64,000 nucleotides of DNA from Eledone cirrhosa (taxonomy: Eukaryota). The translations under genes were made by a program, and so were the position numbers. Below are positions 16,270-29,108 of the stretch, piece by piece. The stretch is from NCBI GenBank assembly GCA_964016885.1, contig OZ024740.1, forward strand, positions 243,784,001-243,848,000. Reading direction: 5' to 3'. A model generated the notes under the pieces. That model did not search any database. It worked only from the letters and a program-made list of their open reading frames with translations, and was not told the DNA's origin. Position 1 is the first letter of the stretch. The number at the start of each line of letters is the position of its first letter.

Positions 16270-16612
16270 GGATTACACACATACCTACTCACGCACACAT
16301 GCACTTACACACATACCTACTCACGCACACATGCACTTACACACATACACATACACAAATGCACACTCACTCGCACATGCTCCACACAAAGATATTCCAT
16401 CCTACAGACAGACACACAAACATGCTCCATAAAAACGATGTTCCATCTTACAGACAGACATACACACTTGCTCCACATAAAGATGTTCCATCCTACAGAC
16501 AGACATACACTTGCTCCATATAAAGATATTCCATCCTACAGACAGATATACACACATTCTCCACATAAAGATATTCCATCCTACAGACAGACATACACAC
16601 TTGCATCTACAG
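16270..16612. repeat. Intronic minisatellite (~43-45-bp unit) next to an exon
   Basis: About five copies of TGCTCCACATAAAGATATTCCATCCTACAGACAGACATACACAC, preceded by two 34-bp copies. Confidence 0.85.
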
Positions 16613-16641
16613 AAATTACTGATATTCTATTCTATCTTCAG

Positions 16642-16738
16642 GCTGGCAAGGATTATGAAAAATTTACCTAACAATATGACCACAACAGTCATTTCTGGAA
16701 ACATGTATGATAAAACACTTTCACGAGAACTTAATGAG
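16642..16738 (+). CDS. Penultimate exon of a probable alpha/beta-hydrolase-fold gene
   Basis: tctatcttcAG acceptor and GTAAGC donor; reads LARIMKNLPNNMTTTVISGNMYDKTLSRELNE; the phase 0 end matches the next exon. Confidence 0.7.
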
Positions 16739-17639
16739 GTAAGCTACAACTATTGTTGTTTATGGCCCCAAGTTAGTCTTAGATCTATGGAATGGGTTGG
16801 TAGGGGAAATAACTTAGTAGTGCTTAAAAAGTTAGCTGTTTATGGAATTAAAATGGAAATTGTTTTGGATAAATAAATTGAATTATTTAACAATATTGGT
16901 CTTGACTTATCACGTCAGCCTCCATCACTATCACACCATCGAAACGTTGCCTCTCTTTGCTTTTATAAATATTTTCATGGAAATTGTTTTAATGAACTTT
17001 TCTTTTTCTTGCCTTGTATTCACGGAGCACCAGATTGGTGTCTAGGTCTCATCTATTTACTGTTGAAGTTCTCAGACACAATCATAATCATCATCTTTTC
17101 TCTCCTTTAATAATTGTTTCTACTTTAGGCACAAGGCCAGCAATTACCCAGTACATTACTGGTACTTTATTTCTCTCCTTTAATAATGATCTTTCTTGTC
17201 CTTCTCCATTCTTAGTAACCTCTTGCATTTTATTGGCTTTATTGCTTTGCTTGGAGTAAGCAAAAGAAAACAAACAAATAAAAAAAACTATCTAAAAACA
17301 ATTCTTTTTTGTTTTTATCCTTTAAATATGATCACTGACAATGTTAAATTCTTTTTCCATCATGGTATAGAATCTGGCAAATGTTATAAAATAAACTCTA
17401 TGGATGGAATATGAAATAGAATGACAGATGTTTGGGATGAGTGATGAAGAGTTATTGTTGTTTAACGCCAGTGGAAAAAATGCTGTGCTGGCTCTGTGTT
17501 CAACTCACGCCGAGGTCGACTTTGCTTTTGAGCTTGATGAAATAAAGTAGTTATTGATGGCAGTGGATTAGTGGGATTGTTAGTGTTGGAAGTGAGCTAT
17601 TATTTGTTCCAGCTCTTTATGTTACAAGTTCTTGGCTGG

Positions 17640-18490
17640 TAGACTTAATCTGTCACTTGGTTTAACACCACCACTTGGTCCTTGGGGGCTTTCAGCAGAG
17701 TTCACTCTGCTGTAAGCATTGGAACCAGGCCTCCCGATTGAGGATAAGTTTCTTCCTTCCCAAAGATTCTGAAAAATATAAGGTCACAGGCATGGGCCTT
17801 TCCTTCATGACATGTTTGTAAAAAAAAAAGGAAAACAAATTCCAACTATGACTTTTTGTTTTACCAAAGACAGGCACTCAGCCATTCAAGGAGGCCTACC
17901 AGTGCACTCTACTTGTGAGTGGAGTTCCACTGAAGCAGGTGGAAAACCTCGAGTATCTCGGGGCTGTATTCACAAGTGATGGAAGGCAGGAGGCTGAATT
18001 AAGTGCAAGTTTCAGCATCCAGTCACCTGAAGAAGGGAGGTTGATGTAAAAACCAAACTCTTCAATTCAGTATTCATGCCAACCCTTACCTAAGGTCATG
18101 AATCTTGGGTAATGACTGAAAGAATATGATCGTGAATACAAGTGGCTGAAATGGGGTTCCTTCAGAGAGTCTTTGGAGTGGCGTTACTCAATAGTGTGTG
18201 TAGCTTGAAGATCAGAGTCGTTCCAGGTAGAGCTGCTACTTCTCTGAATTGAGAGATCATAGCTCTCAGACTATGGTTAGAATGTCTCGGTGGGGAAAGA
18301 ATTGCTGGACAGATTTTAAAGGCAAAACCAACTGGCAAGGAGACTCAGGAGCAGACTGCGAGCAATATGGTTGGATAACATCCATGAGCTCGGCTGGTCT
18401 GGCTTGGGGATCTAGCCGGATCAATTGGAGACCGTTGCTCCCTATATGACCCGCTGCAAAGCGAGCTTCAAGAATAAATGGGCGAAGAAG
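17640..18490 (+). mobile_element. Degenerate RTE-clade LINE, second family (related pieces at 27890-28330 and 35500-36260)
   Basis: LKQVENLEYLGAVFTSDGR, (Y)GHESWVMTER, IQVAEMGFLQRV motifs with stops. Confidence 0.75.
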
Positions 18491-19463
18491 ACTTTTGTAT
18501 TATTTCTGTGTGTAGAGAACATAGGACCAGGACCACGTTTAAATATAATTATCTCCCTTAGATAATATTTTGTACCGTAATATTGATAATTTTCAGAAGT
18601 ATAGAGTTATTTCCCTTAACATTTTGTAACAAAACATTAGAATCCGAGGAAACTAGTTGTCGCCGGACAACTAGGTAGGTCTGGAAGCAACACAGAATAA
18701 ATGAATCCAATGACGTAGTCTTCGATAATCTTACAACGCTGATATTAATTATTTATATGGACAAAGTTTTAAAGAGAACGGTGTCTTGAACAGTTGTATG
18801 TTAATGGGACATATTTTATTGACCATCGAAAGATGAAAGACAAAATCGACTGATTAGATTTTAGCTCAGAACTTAAAGATATTTATTTAATTAACCCCAA
18901 GAGGGTGAACAGCAATAATAATTGGTACTCCTGTATGCTTGCTAGACATGAACTGTTTACAGTATATATATACCAAACAGATGAATCATTGTTGCACCAC
19001 ATGTCTACGCAAACAGTTTCACATTAAATGGCACGATAAGTTTCCAGACGCAGAAATGCTTCAAAGGGCGAAACTTCGTTCAATACACTGATGCAAAAGA
19101 ACAAATTTGTTGGACAAGTCATGTCATCTTGAAAGTTCCATTTGTTTTGTGTGGTTTCTCTACCACCAACCACTTTACAGAGTGTACTGGGTGTATTTTA
19201 TCATGTTACTAGTAGGGAGGTCTAAAGAGTCTTTTCCACCGAGAGTTCCTTATTATAACACCTCGTGATGTATATCAATCATAACAATGTCCAGATATAC
19301 TGAATTTTCTTAAATATACTAAACAAGTTCATTAAGTTAAACTAAAAAATGAAAGATGTTTTAGATATTTTTAATTTTAAAGGAAGATAATATACAAAAC
19401 TAATGAAATGTGTGTGTGTAAGGGTAGCAATGACATACAACGCACATAGAAACTACACATACC

Positions 19464-19497
<34 letters not shown>

Positions 19498-19530
19498 GCA
19501 CATGCGTATATATGTACACTTATGAATTTC

Positions 19531-19565
<35 letters not shown>

Positions 19566-19589
19566 AGATGTACATGTGTGTTCTGTCAT

Positions 19590-20050
19590 CTGGTAGTGTA
19601 AGGAAACTAAGTGTTGAGGAATGGCTTGTGAGGACAGTGCAAGCTATGTACAGAGGAGCTGTCAGTAAAGTGAGAGTGAGGAATTCCTGATACAAGTAGG
19701 AGTTCATCAGGATTCAGTCCTCAGCCCACTGTTATTCATTATAGTTTTCCAAGCCATAATAGAGGAGTTCAAGACTGGCTGCCCATGGGAGCTTCTCTAT
19801 CCTGACGATCTGGTACTTATAGCAGAATCAGTAGAGGAGCTAGAGAATAAATTCTGGCTGTTGGAAACAGCAGTTGGAATCAAAGAGTGATCCCCTCATT
19901 TATTTCCGATCTCAAATCCTCTGCATTCAAGACCTGAGTCTCACTTCCATGCAGCATTCTAGTTGGCATACAGGCTTCATTCAATCTGACTTTCACTCTG
20001 AGAGGAGAGTCCTTTGTAGCTCGCAGAACTTTTTCCAACCATTTCTGGTG
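19590..20050. mobile_element. RTE LINE fragments, + then -
   Basis: RKLSVEEWLVRTVQAMY, VGVHQDSVLSPLLF and ELLYPDDL on +; an inverted piece follows. Confidence 0.75.
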
Positions 20051-20280
20051 ATGATGATGAATGATGATATATATATATATTGTTATACTTGGGAAAGGTC
20101 ATATTGTTGTAATAATATTGCCAGAAATAATAACAGAACACACTCACTGTTTGGTTGGTTTTCGCTTCTTTATCTTTTATATCTCCACAGTTAATTCATT
20201 CGGTCCTGAATGTTTACCATTGACTGACCAACGGTCAAAAATACAGATATAATATAGATATAAACACATATATATATAGT

Positions 20281-20326
20281 CTAACAAAGTTCTTTCGTTG
20301 CACATCTGCAACATCATCAGTGGTAC
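20281..20326 (-). ncRNA. Degenerate hammerhead motif (family C)
   Basis: UACCA-CUGAUGA-U-GUUGCA gaug UGCAAC-GAAA-GAAC-UU-UGUUA; one stem I mismatch. Confidence 0.6.
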
Positions 20327-20377
20327 TATTATGTTCCTCCTGTTATATCAAAAACCTCACAAAACAAATATATATAT

Positions 20378-20792
20378 GTGAAGGCACATGGCTTAGTGGT
20401 TAGAGCATTGGGCTTGCAATGAAAAGGTTGTGAGTGCAATTCTCGAACCAGGTGATGTGTTGTTTTCTTGAACAAGACACTTTATTTCACAGTGCTCCAG
20501 TTTACTCAGCTGTAGAAATGAGATGATAGGACTGGAATCCCTATCATTCCACTGCAAAGTGGTCATGGAGGTGCCACAGCAAAAAAGCATCCAGCCCACA
20601 CTGTAAAGTGGACGTGTAGGTGCCACGGAATGTAAATGAGGTTGGTGTTAGGAAGGGCATCCAGCTATAGAAATCAAGCCAGAATCAGTTCCCATATGAG
20701 CAAGACAAGGACAGTCGACCAGACACTGCCCACAACAGGACAACCCGTCTAACCCATGCTAGCGTGGAAGAACAGACGTAAAAGAATGATGA
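20378..20792 (+). mobile_element. Near full-length tRNA-derived SINE with RTE-type tail
   Basis: A box TGGCTTAGTGG, degenerate B box, body shared with 120-405 and 28500-28722; related heads at 15420-15505(-), 25250-25400, 26820-27150 and 40720-40935(-). Confidence 0.8.
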
Positions 20793-20808
20793 TATATATA
20801 TATATATA

Positions 20809-21834
20809 TCAATCATTATCTATAAAAGGCAGATTATTGTTGTGTGTGTGTGTGTGTGTGCATGTTCCCTGTTTATACATTTGCACAATTTCAAACCGAT
20901 TCGACAAAGTCTGTAAGAATGTTGTAAATGGTCCAACTTAGGTCAACGACTATTTATTTTTTTCAACTCACCCACAATTATGGAAATAATCGATAAAACT
21001 AAATACATGACGCTTTACCCCTCTAATACAATCTGATTTACTCTCTCTACTCCTCTTAAAATTCGATAAAACTACATACATGCTGCAACTTTCTCTTATA
21101 TACGCTTAAACCACTCCTTACAAACTTCCTTTAGGAACTCGGAAGAATGAAGGGAGAAAGAAATGAAGGAGAGAGAAGAGAGTGAGAGAGAGAGAACGTT
21201 TGTTTTTGAGTGGAACGGTCAAACATTTATTTACTTCAAAAGCAACAGATAAATTTATTCAACAACAAAAAAAATAGCGATAAATCTTTTTTAAAACATC
21301 TCTCAACAAACGTGGAAGAAAGAAGTATCAGTTTATTTACTATACACAATAATATCCTCTTTGAGGTCACTAAACCTGCTAGAAACAGAAGCTAACTCTT
21401 CCCCATATCACACCCCTCCCTACTGTCTTAAATTTAGAAAAGACATATCCTCTATGAGGTCACTAAACCTGCTAGAAACAGCAGCTAACTATCCCCCATA
21501 TCACACCCCTCCCAACTGTCTTAAATTTAGAAAACACACATTAGACAACCATGCAGAACAACTCCATCGCATCTCTGTTGTTCGGCTGGCATCGTCTACG
21601 CGTGTGTTGCGCAAGTACTGTGAAACAATAAATTTCAACACTTCTTTGCACAGAGATAATATCCATAGGCGAAACTACAATTGTCACTGCTGGCGCAGCT
21701 CCTGCTTCGGCAGTCCAGGTCTGCAATTCATTCACACAGTGCCTGAAAGACAAAAAAGTGCTGCCATAAAATGGGTGGTGCAACCTAACTTTGGTAACTT
21801 ACTGACCCCGAGCAACGCCGGGCTTTAATGCTAG
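20809..21834 (+). mobile_element. Non-autonomous Helitron
   Basis: 5' TC..ATCTATAAAAGG; 3' hairpin CCCGAGCAACGCCGGG followed by CTAG; inserted between A and T with no TSD; carries a ~93-bp tandem duplication at 21353-21540. Confidence 0.75.
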
Positions 21835-21912
21835 TATATATATATATATGTCCCAAGGCTCTATAACCATCAACACCAAAAACACAGAGCTGGCATATCT
21901 AAGAACTGACTA

Positions 21913-21964
21913 ACTGCCTGATGAGGTCATAGCCATTCAATGGCTATCATCGAAATATAGCAGT
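21913..21964 (+). ncRNA. Type I minimal hammerhead ribozyme (family D), on the sense strand of the host intron
   Basis: ACUGC-CUGAUGA-GGU c AUAGCCAUU c AAUGGCUAU c AUC-GAAA-UA-UA-GCAGU. Confidence 0.82.
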
Positions 21965-22345
21965 AAATAAAGGATTATGAGTTCATGCAATTGACTTATG
22001 TTTCGTCACTATATATATATATACATGTGTGTGTGTGTGTGTGTGTGCATAGCTATATCTAGGAAGACATTACAATGCAAGTGGGTTTGTAAATATTGAG
22101 GCAACAAAATCTGGAGATGAGGAAGAAAAGGAAGTACCAGAGATAATGTTAATGTTGGAATTATTTATTAGTTCCAATGTACCATCCATTATCAAAGTAA
22201 CACTGTTTCTGATTCTTATTTTACTTCTGCTTCTCCAGATTTTGTTGCCTTATTATTTACCACCCCACTTGTATAGTAGTGGCTTCTTATACTTAACCAC
22301 TTTTTATGCCCAACAATGCTTCAAGCAAACTACAACACTCATATA

Positions 22346-22528
22346 TGAGGGTAGGCTGAAAAGTTCATAGGCTAACTATGAAGGATTGATGCTAGGGTTG
22401 TGAAATCTTGCATGCATTGATTTCAACTCTTATTGTTTCTTTCCAGGAACTATGTCGAAAAATAAACCTTATTTTATCATTCTATGAGAGTATCTTGGTC
22501 AGACTATGAACTTTTTAGTTGACCCTTG
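22346..22528. mobile_element. Mariner-type MITE
   Basis: Imperfect TIRs TGAGGGTAGGCTGAAAAGTTCATAG / CTATGAACTTTTTAGTTGACCCTTG, flanked by TA. Confidence 0.75.
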
Positions 22529-22559
22529 TATAATCTTTTTTTTTAAATATTCTTTGCAG

Positions 22560-22724
22560 GCTTGGGCCCGTGGTGAACGAAAGATGATCCAAAAGTTCTT
22601 CAGTAATGCCCATCACATTATCATAAATGGTGTTGACCATCATATGATGTACAAGAAACCTTCAGCTGTGATAAAACCTATTTTAGAAATTGTGAAGAAC
22701 TGGAAGGACCAGCCGTCAGCCTGA
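22560..22724 (+). CDS. Terminal coding exon of a probable alpha/beta-hydrolase-fold gene
   Basis: Polypyrimidine tract plus ttgcAG; reads AWARGERKMIQKFFSNAHHIIINGVDHHMMYKKPSAVIKPILEIVKNWKDQPSA*, which resembles the beta8-His loop and C-terminal helix of abhydrolases. Confidence 0.72.
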   Translation, partial: AWARGERKMIQKFFSNAHHIIINGVDHHMMYKKPSAVIKPILEIVKNWKDQPSA

Positions 22725-24084
22725 CTAGAGTCGGGTTATGCTACAAAACTAAATCTTTACAATTATTGATTGTAGAAGAATATGATTTTGTGAGGGTGGT
22801 GATGCGGAAGATAAGGGGAGCAATAATTTAAATCAACCCCCTTGGTACTTGATTGATCCATCAATATAAAAGAGAAATATTTCCTATCAAATGATTTTTG
22901 TTTCTTGAGAAGGTTTTGGGTGTGACCATTCCAAGAATAAAACAGAAAAATAGAAATAGGTAATACAAAAGAAAAATGAAAAAAAAATTGAACAACAACT
23001 AAATTTTTATATTTTAAAGAAAATTTAATTTGGATTCCCACCCACTTTCCCCTCCCCCTATTTTTTAGAAAATGAAACAGAGGAAGAGGAAGGAATTTGT
23101 TTTTTATGAAATTGAATATTTATTTGTTTTGTTTAATTTTAGATATTTTGAAATATTTTAAGTGTCTTATTACTAATATTATTAATTATTATCATTATTA
23201 TTACTATCTGAGTTCAAATCCCGCCGAGGTTGACTTTGCCTTTCATCCTTATGGGGTCGATAAAATAAAGTACCAGTAATGCACTGGGTAATTGATGGCC
23301 TTGTGCCTAAAGTAGAAACAATTATTATTATCCTCATCATCATTATTATTACCATCATCATTATCATTATTATTAGAGAGCATTGGATTGGCAACCTCAT
23401 TATTATATACAATTTATGTATTACTGAAATATTTATGAAAATGGTGTGTTAAGTATCTGGAATTATCCAGTTGTAAAATAAGGTAAGAATATAAGGTTGA
23501 ACATGTTAGATTATTGTATTTGTCAAACTGAGCTTCCATTGTTTCCATGATATTTTCTAGTCAGTTTCAGTAGATAACACTACATTCTGTATAGATATTC
23601 TCCTGTATAGTTGTTATTAAGCTTGCAAATTGGAAGTGTTGTTAGAGCTGCTCTCTGTATTCTGAGTTCAAATCCTGCTGAGCCCACTTTTACCTTTTAA
23701 CCTTTTAGAGTTGATAAATAAAATACCAGTCCAGGGCAACTGATTGGCAGAATTGTTAGAGCCCCACATGGGAGTACTGCTTCTATATCTGGGGTGGTGT
23801 TGCAGTTACAGACATTCAGACATTTTAACCACATCCAAAAGAAGGCCATCTGACTGATTGGCAAAAGCTCACAAACGCACTTCAGTTTCTGACCTACAAA
23901 TGTGTTGATTCCTCTCTATCTCTTTTCTACCTACTACAGATGCCTCTTCTATCTATGCTGGAGATTTGCATTTTGATTTCAAAATCCATCTAATGATTCA
24001 AGTCCTGCCAATGGACAGGGCTAATCACCTGCAATTGAACAATGATGATGATGATGATGATGATTATTATTGCACCACATAATC

Positions 24085-24560
24085 AATGTGGCAGAGTAAC
24101 ACTTCAGTATTGCAGTATTTCACATAAATATTGCAGTACTGTTTGTCAAAGAAGCAATACTTTACATCAACACTACAGTACTGCACATGAAGGAAGCAAT
24201 ATTTCATTGCAATATTACAGTGCTACTCATGAAAGTGGAAATACTTTATACTAACGCTATCCCTCTAGATATGAAAGTAGCAATATTACATTCCAACCCA
24301 TGAAAATGACAATACTTTACACCAACACTGCAATACTGCATATTAAGGAAGTAATATTTATTACCAACATAACAGTGCTGCACATCAAGGTAGCAATACT
24401 TTACATCTACAGTGCAATAGTGCACATCAGTGTAACAATACTTCACAACAACACTGCAGACAACTTCAATATGGCAACATCTGTCATCTTCACTCAACTG
24501 TGACAATGATGAGGCATGGCTGTATTCTACTATACCAATGCCATACTTTATTATAATAGT
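24085..24560. repeat. Diverged 21/42-bp minisatellite
   Basis: Unit approximately AGCAATACTTTACATCAACACTACAGTACTGCACATGAAGGA, about 10 diverged copies. Confidence 0.7.
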
Positions 24561-27500
24561 ACTGTTCTCTAATAAAGCAGTGAATTGCCAGAGTAGTTAG
24601 AATATAAGATAGAAGCTTTGTGTTAGTCTTCTGGGGTCTCTGTATACTGAGTTAAAAACCTGTCATAGTCAACTTTGCTTTTCATCCTTTTGAGGTAAAT
24701 TAAAAAAGTACCAGTCCAGTACTGGGTCAATTCTTTTTCTATATCTATTTCTCTCTTGCTTTGGAAGAAATTGGCTGTGCTTAGACCTGGGGAGGGGATG
24801 GATTCAGCCAGGTTTAAATATGCCCAAGACATGCTGTATGTCACCACAGCACCCCCACAACTCCATCTGGAATTACAGGTCCATACATAATATAAGAGTA
24901 CCATTCACTATTATAGCAGTACTCCAGTGTGAAATGATTCCAAGATGGCTATAATGACATGATATCAAAGAAGAAAAAAATTTTAAGATATTAGAAGATT
25001 AGAAAATATAAGTTTCTTAGATATATATATATAATAATTGATCTAGCCTATTACCAATTCCTTATACTTATTTAACATGGAACTCTTCATCCCAGCAAAG
25101 ATTTCTTTTGTGAGAACTCCTGGAATACTCTGTTAGAATTACTAATCTGGTTTGATGTAACTGCAATTTCTAATCAGATGAAAATCTTGTCATTTCATAT
25201 CTCATCTCATTTCACATCTCTTCTTATTTATCAAATGGTTGTGTCAATTTGTGGAGGTGTGTAGCCTAGTGATGAGGATGTTAGGCTCATGATTGTAAAG
25301 TTGTGGGTTTGGTTCCCTGACCAGGCGGTGCATTGTGTCCTTGAGCAAGGCACTTCATTTCACATTGCTCCAGTTCACTCAGCTGAAAGAAATGAGTAAG
25401 AGCAACAGCTGGAGGTTAACCATACCAACAAACTGATATCTTGTCTCCTTGCAAGTTTTGTGCTGTCAGTCACCTAATACTGGAATGAGCTCTGGACTGA
25501 TAAGCCTCAAGGCTTTAGAAAAACTTTGTGTCAATTTAATTCCAATAAAAACATAATCCAAAGAGTGGGGTCCTGAGTCAATGTAATTTGCTTTCTATAT
25601 TCCGGAACCTTAAAAAAAATCTATCAGAACTTTCTTTGTTTAGGGACTTTTTTTATTATTAGAGCCTTCCACACAGCAATTTTCCATGCACTGTAACCTT
25701 CCACTTAATGGAATTTCCCATACTCTGGAAGTTTCCACAGATGAATTTTTCCATACATTGGAAACTTCCACAGACTGGGTGAAAGTTTCTGAATACCGGA
25801 ATTCGTTTTTATGACAAGTAAAATAAAAATATTTTCTGAACTGATATTTAAATTAATCTATTTTTGTTGTTCACCTTGCCTGTTCCAGTTAGACCATTTG
25901 TGAAAGATCTCTTCTGTAGAAATATTTCTGTCTAATCTGAAGACATTTATAGAAATCATAGTTTCTTGACATTTTCACTTTTTCACTTTTAAATTTATTT
26001 GACTTTGATGCTCAATCTTTTCTTTAAATTATATTTTTTCTATTTAATTTATTTTTTCATGTTTCACAAATCATTAAATGTTTAGTTTGGAATTTCAATA
26101 ATTGGAATTTATATAGAAAGCATTGGACAAATTTACTACCCTTTTCTGTATGTCTAGATTTCAGAAGCTCCTTGTTATATAAAAAATTACCCCAATTTTT
26201 GTATCACTGTGTTTTTATCTGTAATCATTCCATATTTCAATTAGAATCAATAAACCACATCTTTTAATAAACATTATTTAAAAGTTGTTTTTAATTTTGT
26301 TTTCAAAGACTTTGTGTTTTTAGACCATGCAGTTTCTTTTGAATGCTAGTGTAGTAACATTCTGTTTTTAAAATCAGATTTCCATTTTTTTGAGCATTCC
26401 AACAGCACAAAAACACAATCACTGCTCATACAAAAGAAGCTTTTTTTGTAATTCCAGGGCCTTTGTATGTCTTGAGATCAAACATCTACATCTAGAAAAT
26501 CTCTCTCCAAGGCACAGGCCTGAGCAAGATTTTCGTAGAAGACTAGCAGTTTCCCATGCATGCAAGCCTTCTATCTCCTCACTGCTGGTATTGCCCAAGG
26601 TAAAGGTAAGTAACACCAATACTGTTTGGCATTAGTGAGGTCTCTGGAAAACTGAGAGAGATATCACAAGGCATCAAGTTTGCTACTCTAATAGTTTTGC
26701 CAACTACCACTCTGGACTAGTACTTTATTTATTGACCTCGAAAGGAGAACAAGCAAAGTTTACCTTGGCAGGAATTGAGATCCAATAAATAGCATGAGAT
26801 ACTTAATTCTTAAGTATCTTATGGCTTAGTGGTTAGAGTGTCGGGCTTACAATTACAAGGTAGTGAGTTAGATTCCCAGACTGGGCTGTGTGTTGTGTTT
26901 TTGAGCGAGATACTTTATTTCATATTGTTCCAGTTTACTCAGCTGTAGAAATGAGTTGCGATGTCACTGGTGACAGCTGCTCAGCCTTTGCCTTTCCCTC
27001 GGATAACATTGGTGGCATGGAGAGTGGAGGGGGGGGGGCTACTGGTCTTCCACAAACAACCTTGCCCATACTTGTGCCTCAGAGGGGAACTTTCTAGTTG
27101 CAAATCCCATGGTCATTTGTGACCGAAAGAGATCTTAACCCTAACCCTTCTACTTAATTCAATGTGCAAAATTCACTTCTTTTCTAGTAACTAAAAATGT
27201 ACAAAAATGTAGGCTTCACAAGTTCTGAAGATCTTTTCTAGTGACCTTCACATATGTAAAACAGTTAAAACTGTATCCTAAAGGCTAACCTTCCCCATCA
27301 GGCAAGAAAATACTTTAGCCATGAAAAGTTGATGACTAAATCGTAGGTAGGACCTTCAATGGTGTATTGCTCCTATATCTAGGATTCTGCTGTTGCTCAT
27401 ATATTCTAGAAAACACCAAAAAGAGGATCATCTAACTGATTAACAAAAACTCACTCACTAACACACTTCCCTTTCTGGCCCACAGATGTAGTGTCTCTAT

Positions 27501-28914
27501 TCTTCTCCCCTGTAGCTAGTACTATAGTGAATGCAGCACAGCTAAATGGTTAAGTTGTTCACTTTGCAATCATTATGTTCTGGGTTTGATCCCACCATGA
27601 AATCTTGGGTAAGTGTCATTTACCATAGCCTTGGGTTGACCCATGCTTTGTGAGTGAAATTGAGGATATGGAACTGTTTGGAAGCTTGTCAGATGGACTG
27701 TACCTATAATTCAAAGGGCTAGCCTTGTCACATAGTGTGTTATGCTGAATCTTCTTGACAATTACATGTCTGTGAAATGCTCATGTTAATTTCTTAAGTA
27801 AGTCATTCTATTGATCAGACAACTTGAATGCTCATCGTCGAAACCAATGGAGGTCAATTCCATATATTTATTCCATTCCAAGCCAGACTCGCTATCTTCA
27901 ATTTGGTATTTGTGCCAACCCTTATGGTCATGAATCTTGGGTAACGATCACGGATACAAGCGCCCAAAATGGGATTCCTCTGAAGGGTTTTTGGAGTAAT
28001 GTTACTCGATAAAGTGCATAGCTTGGAGATCAGTGAATCACTCCAGGTAGAGACACTACTTCTCTGAGTTGAGAGATCACAGCTCCGATACTATGGGGGG
28101 CATGTGGTTAGAATGACTCAGGAAAAAAACGGTGAACAGATTTTACGGGCGCAAACAACCTGCAGGAGACCCTCGTGTAGAACCCAAGCAAGATGGGTGA
28201 ATAACATCCATGAGCTTGGCTGGTCACATTTAGGGATCCAGCTGCATCAGTTGGAGACGGTTGCTTCTGGAAGGAGTGTTTGAAGACTGCCCCAATGACC
28301 CTCTCAGGAATAAGGGGCAAAGAAGTACTAGAGCACACTTCAACCCAAGACCATGTGACACCTATCTCTCATACTTATGTTACACATATTTTAACTCTTT
28401 CCTTTCCCCTTCACGTCTTACATTAACCAATTTATAGAATCCTTCCTTGCCTGAAGTCTGGTTCTTTTCTTTACACCAAGACAGATGAATATTTATAACA
28501 GTTTACTCAGCTGTAGAAATGAGATGATAGGGACTGGGGTCCCTATCATTCCACTGTAAAGTGGTCGTGGAGGTGCCACGGCAAAAAAGCACCCAGCAGT
28601 CACTGTAAATGAGGTTGGTGTTAGGAAGGGCATCCAGCTGTAGAAATCAAGCCAGCATCAGTTCCCGTCCCACCCTTGCAAGCAGGGAAAAAGCGGACGT
28701 AAAATGAAATGAAATGATGAAAATGAGATTCTCCATCAATTTTAAGCATTTGGTTGTTCGATCACTTTTCACCATACTTGTTAAATTAATGTGTAAGTAG
28801 CAGAGTACCCTTAATATAATTCTCGGGCATAACCATTACCATTGTGACACAATGGGACAAAACTGGACCTTTGAATTACTGCTACAAACCATCATGTATT
28901 ATATAGCATAAATG

Positions 28915-29108
28915 GATCGTGGATTGGCAGTATCGGTAGAGTGTCGGACACCATGCTTTGCAGCATAGAGTTATGAACCATTGGGATCTGAGTTCAAATC
29001 CCGCCGAGGTTAACTTTGTCTTTTATCCTTACGAGGTTCATAAAATAAAGTACCAGTAATGCACTGGGGTAATTGCTGGCCTTGTGCCAAAAGTAGAAAC
29101 AATTATTT
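28915..29108 (+). mobile_element. Short tRNA-derived SINE, second family
   Basis: A box TGGCAGTATCGGTAGAG, B box GAGTTCAAATCCC, core CTTT..ATCCTT..GGGGTCGATAAAATAAAGTACCAG, (ATT)n tail; further copies at 23205-23330, 30225-30310(-), 39497-39575, 41370-41760(-, tandem pair), 44925-45140(-), 59110-59340(-). Confidence 0.82.

Noticed and set aside
16370-16612. Regularly spaced repeats resembling a CRISPR array
   Set aside because: Contiguous tandem units with no unique spacers, in eukaryotic intronic context.
20378-20455. tRNA-like sequences (also 25250, 26820, 15430, 40860)
   Set aside because: SINE heads followed by shared SINE bodies; no complete cloverleaf.
27134-27150. TAACCCTAACCC telomere-like repeat
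   Set aside because: Only two units, forming a SINE tail.
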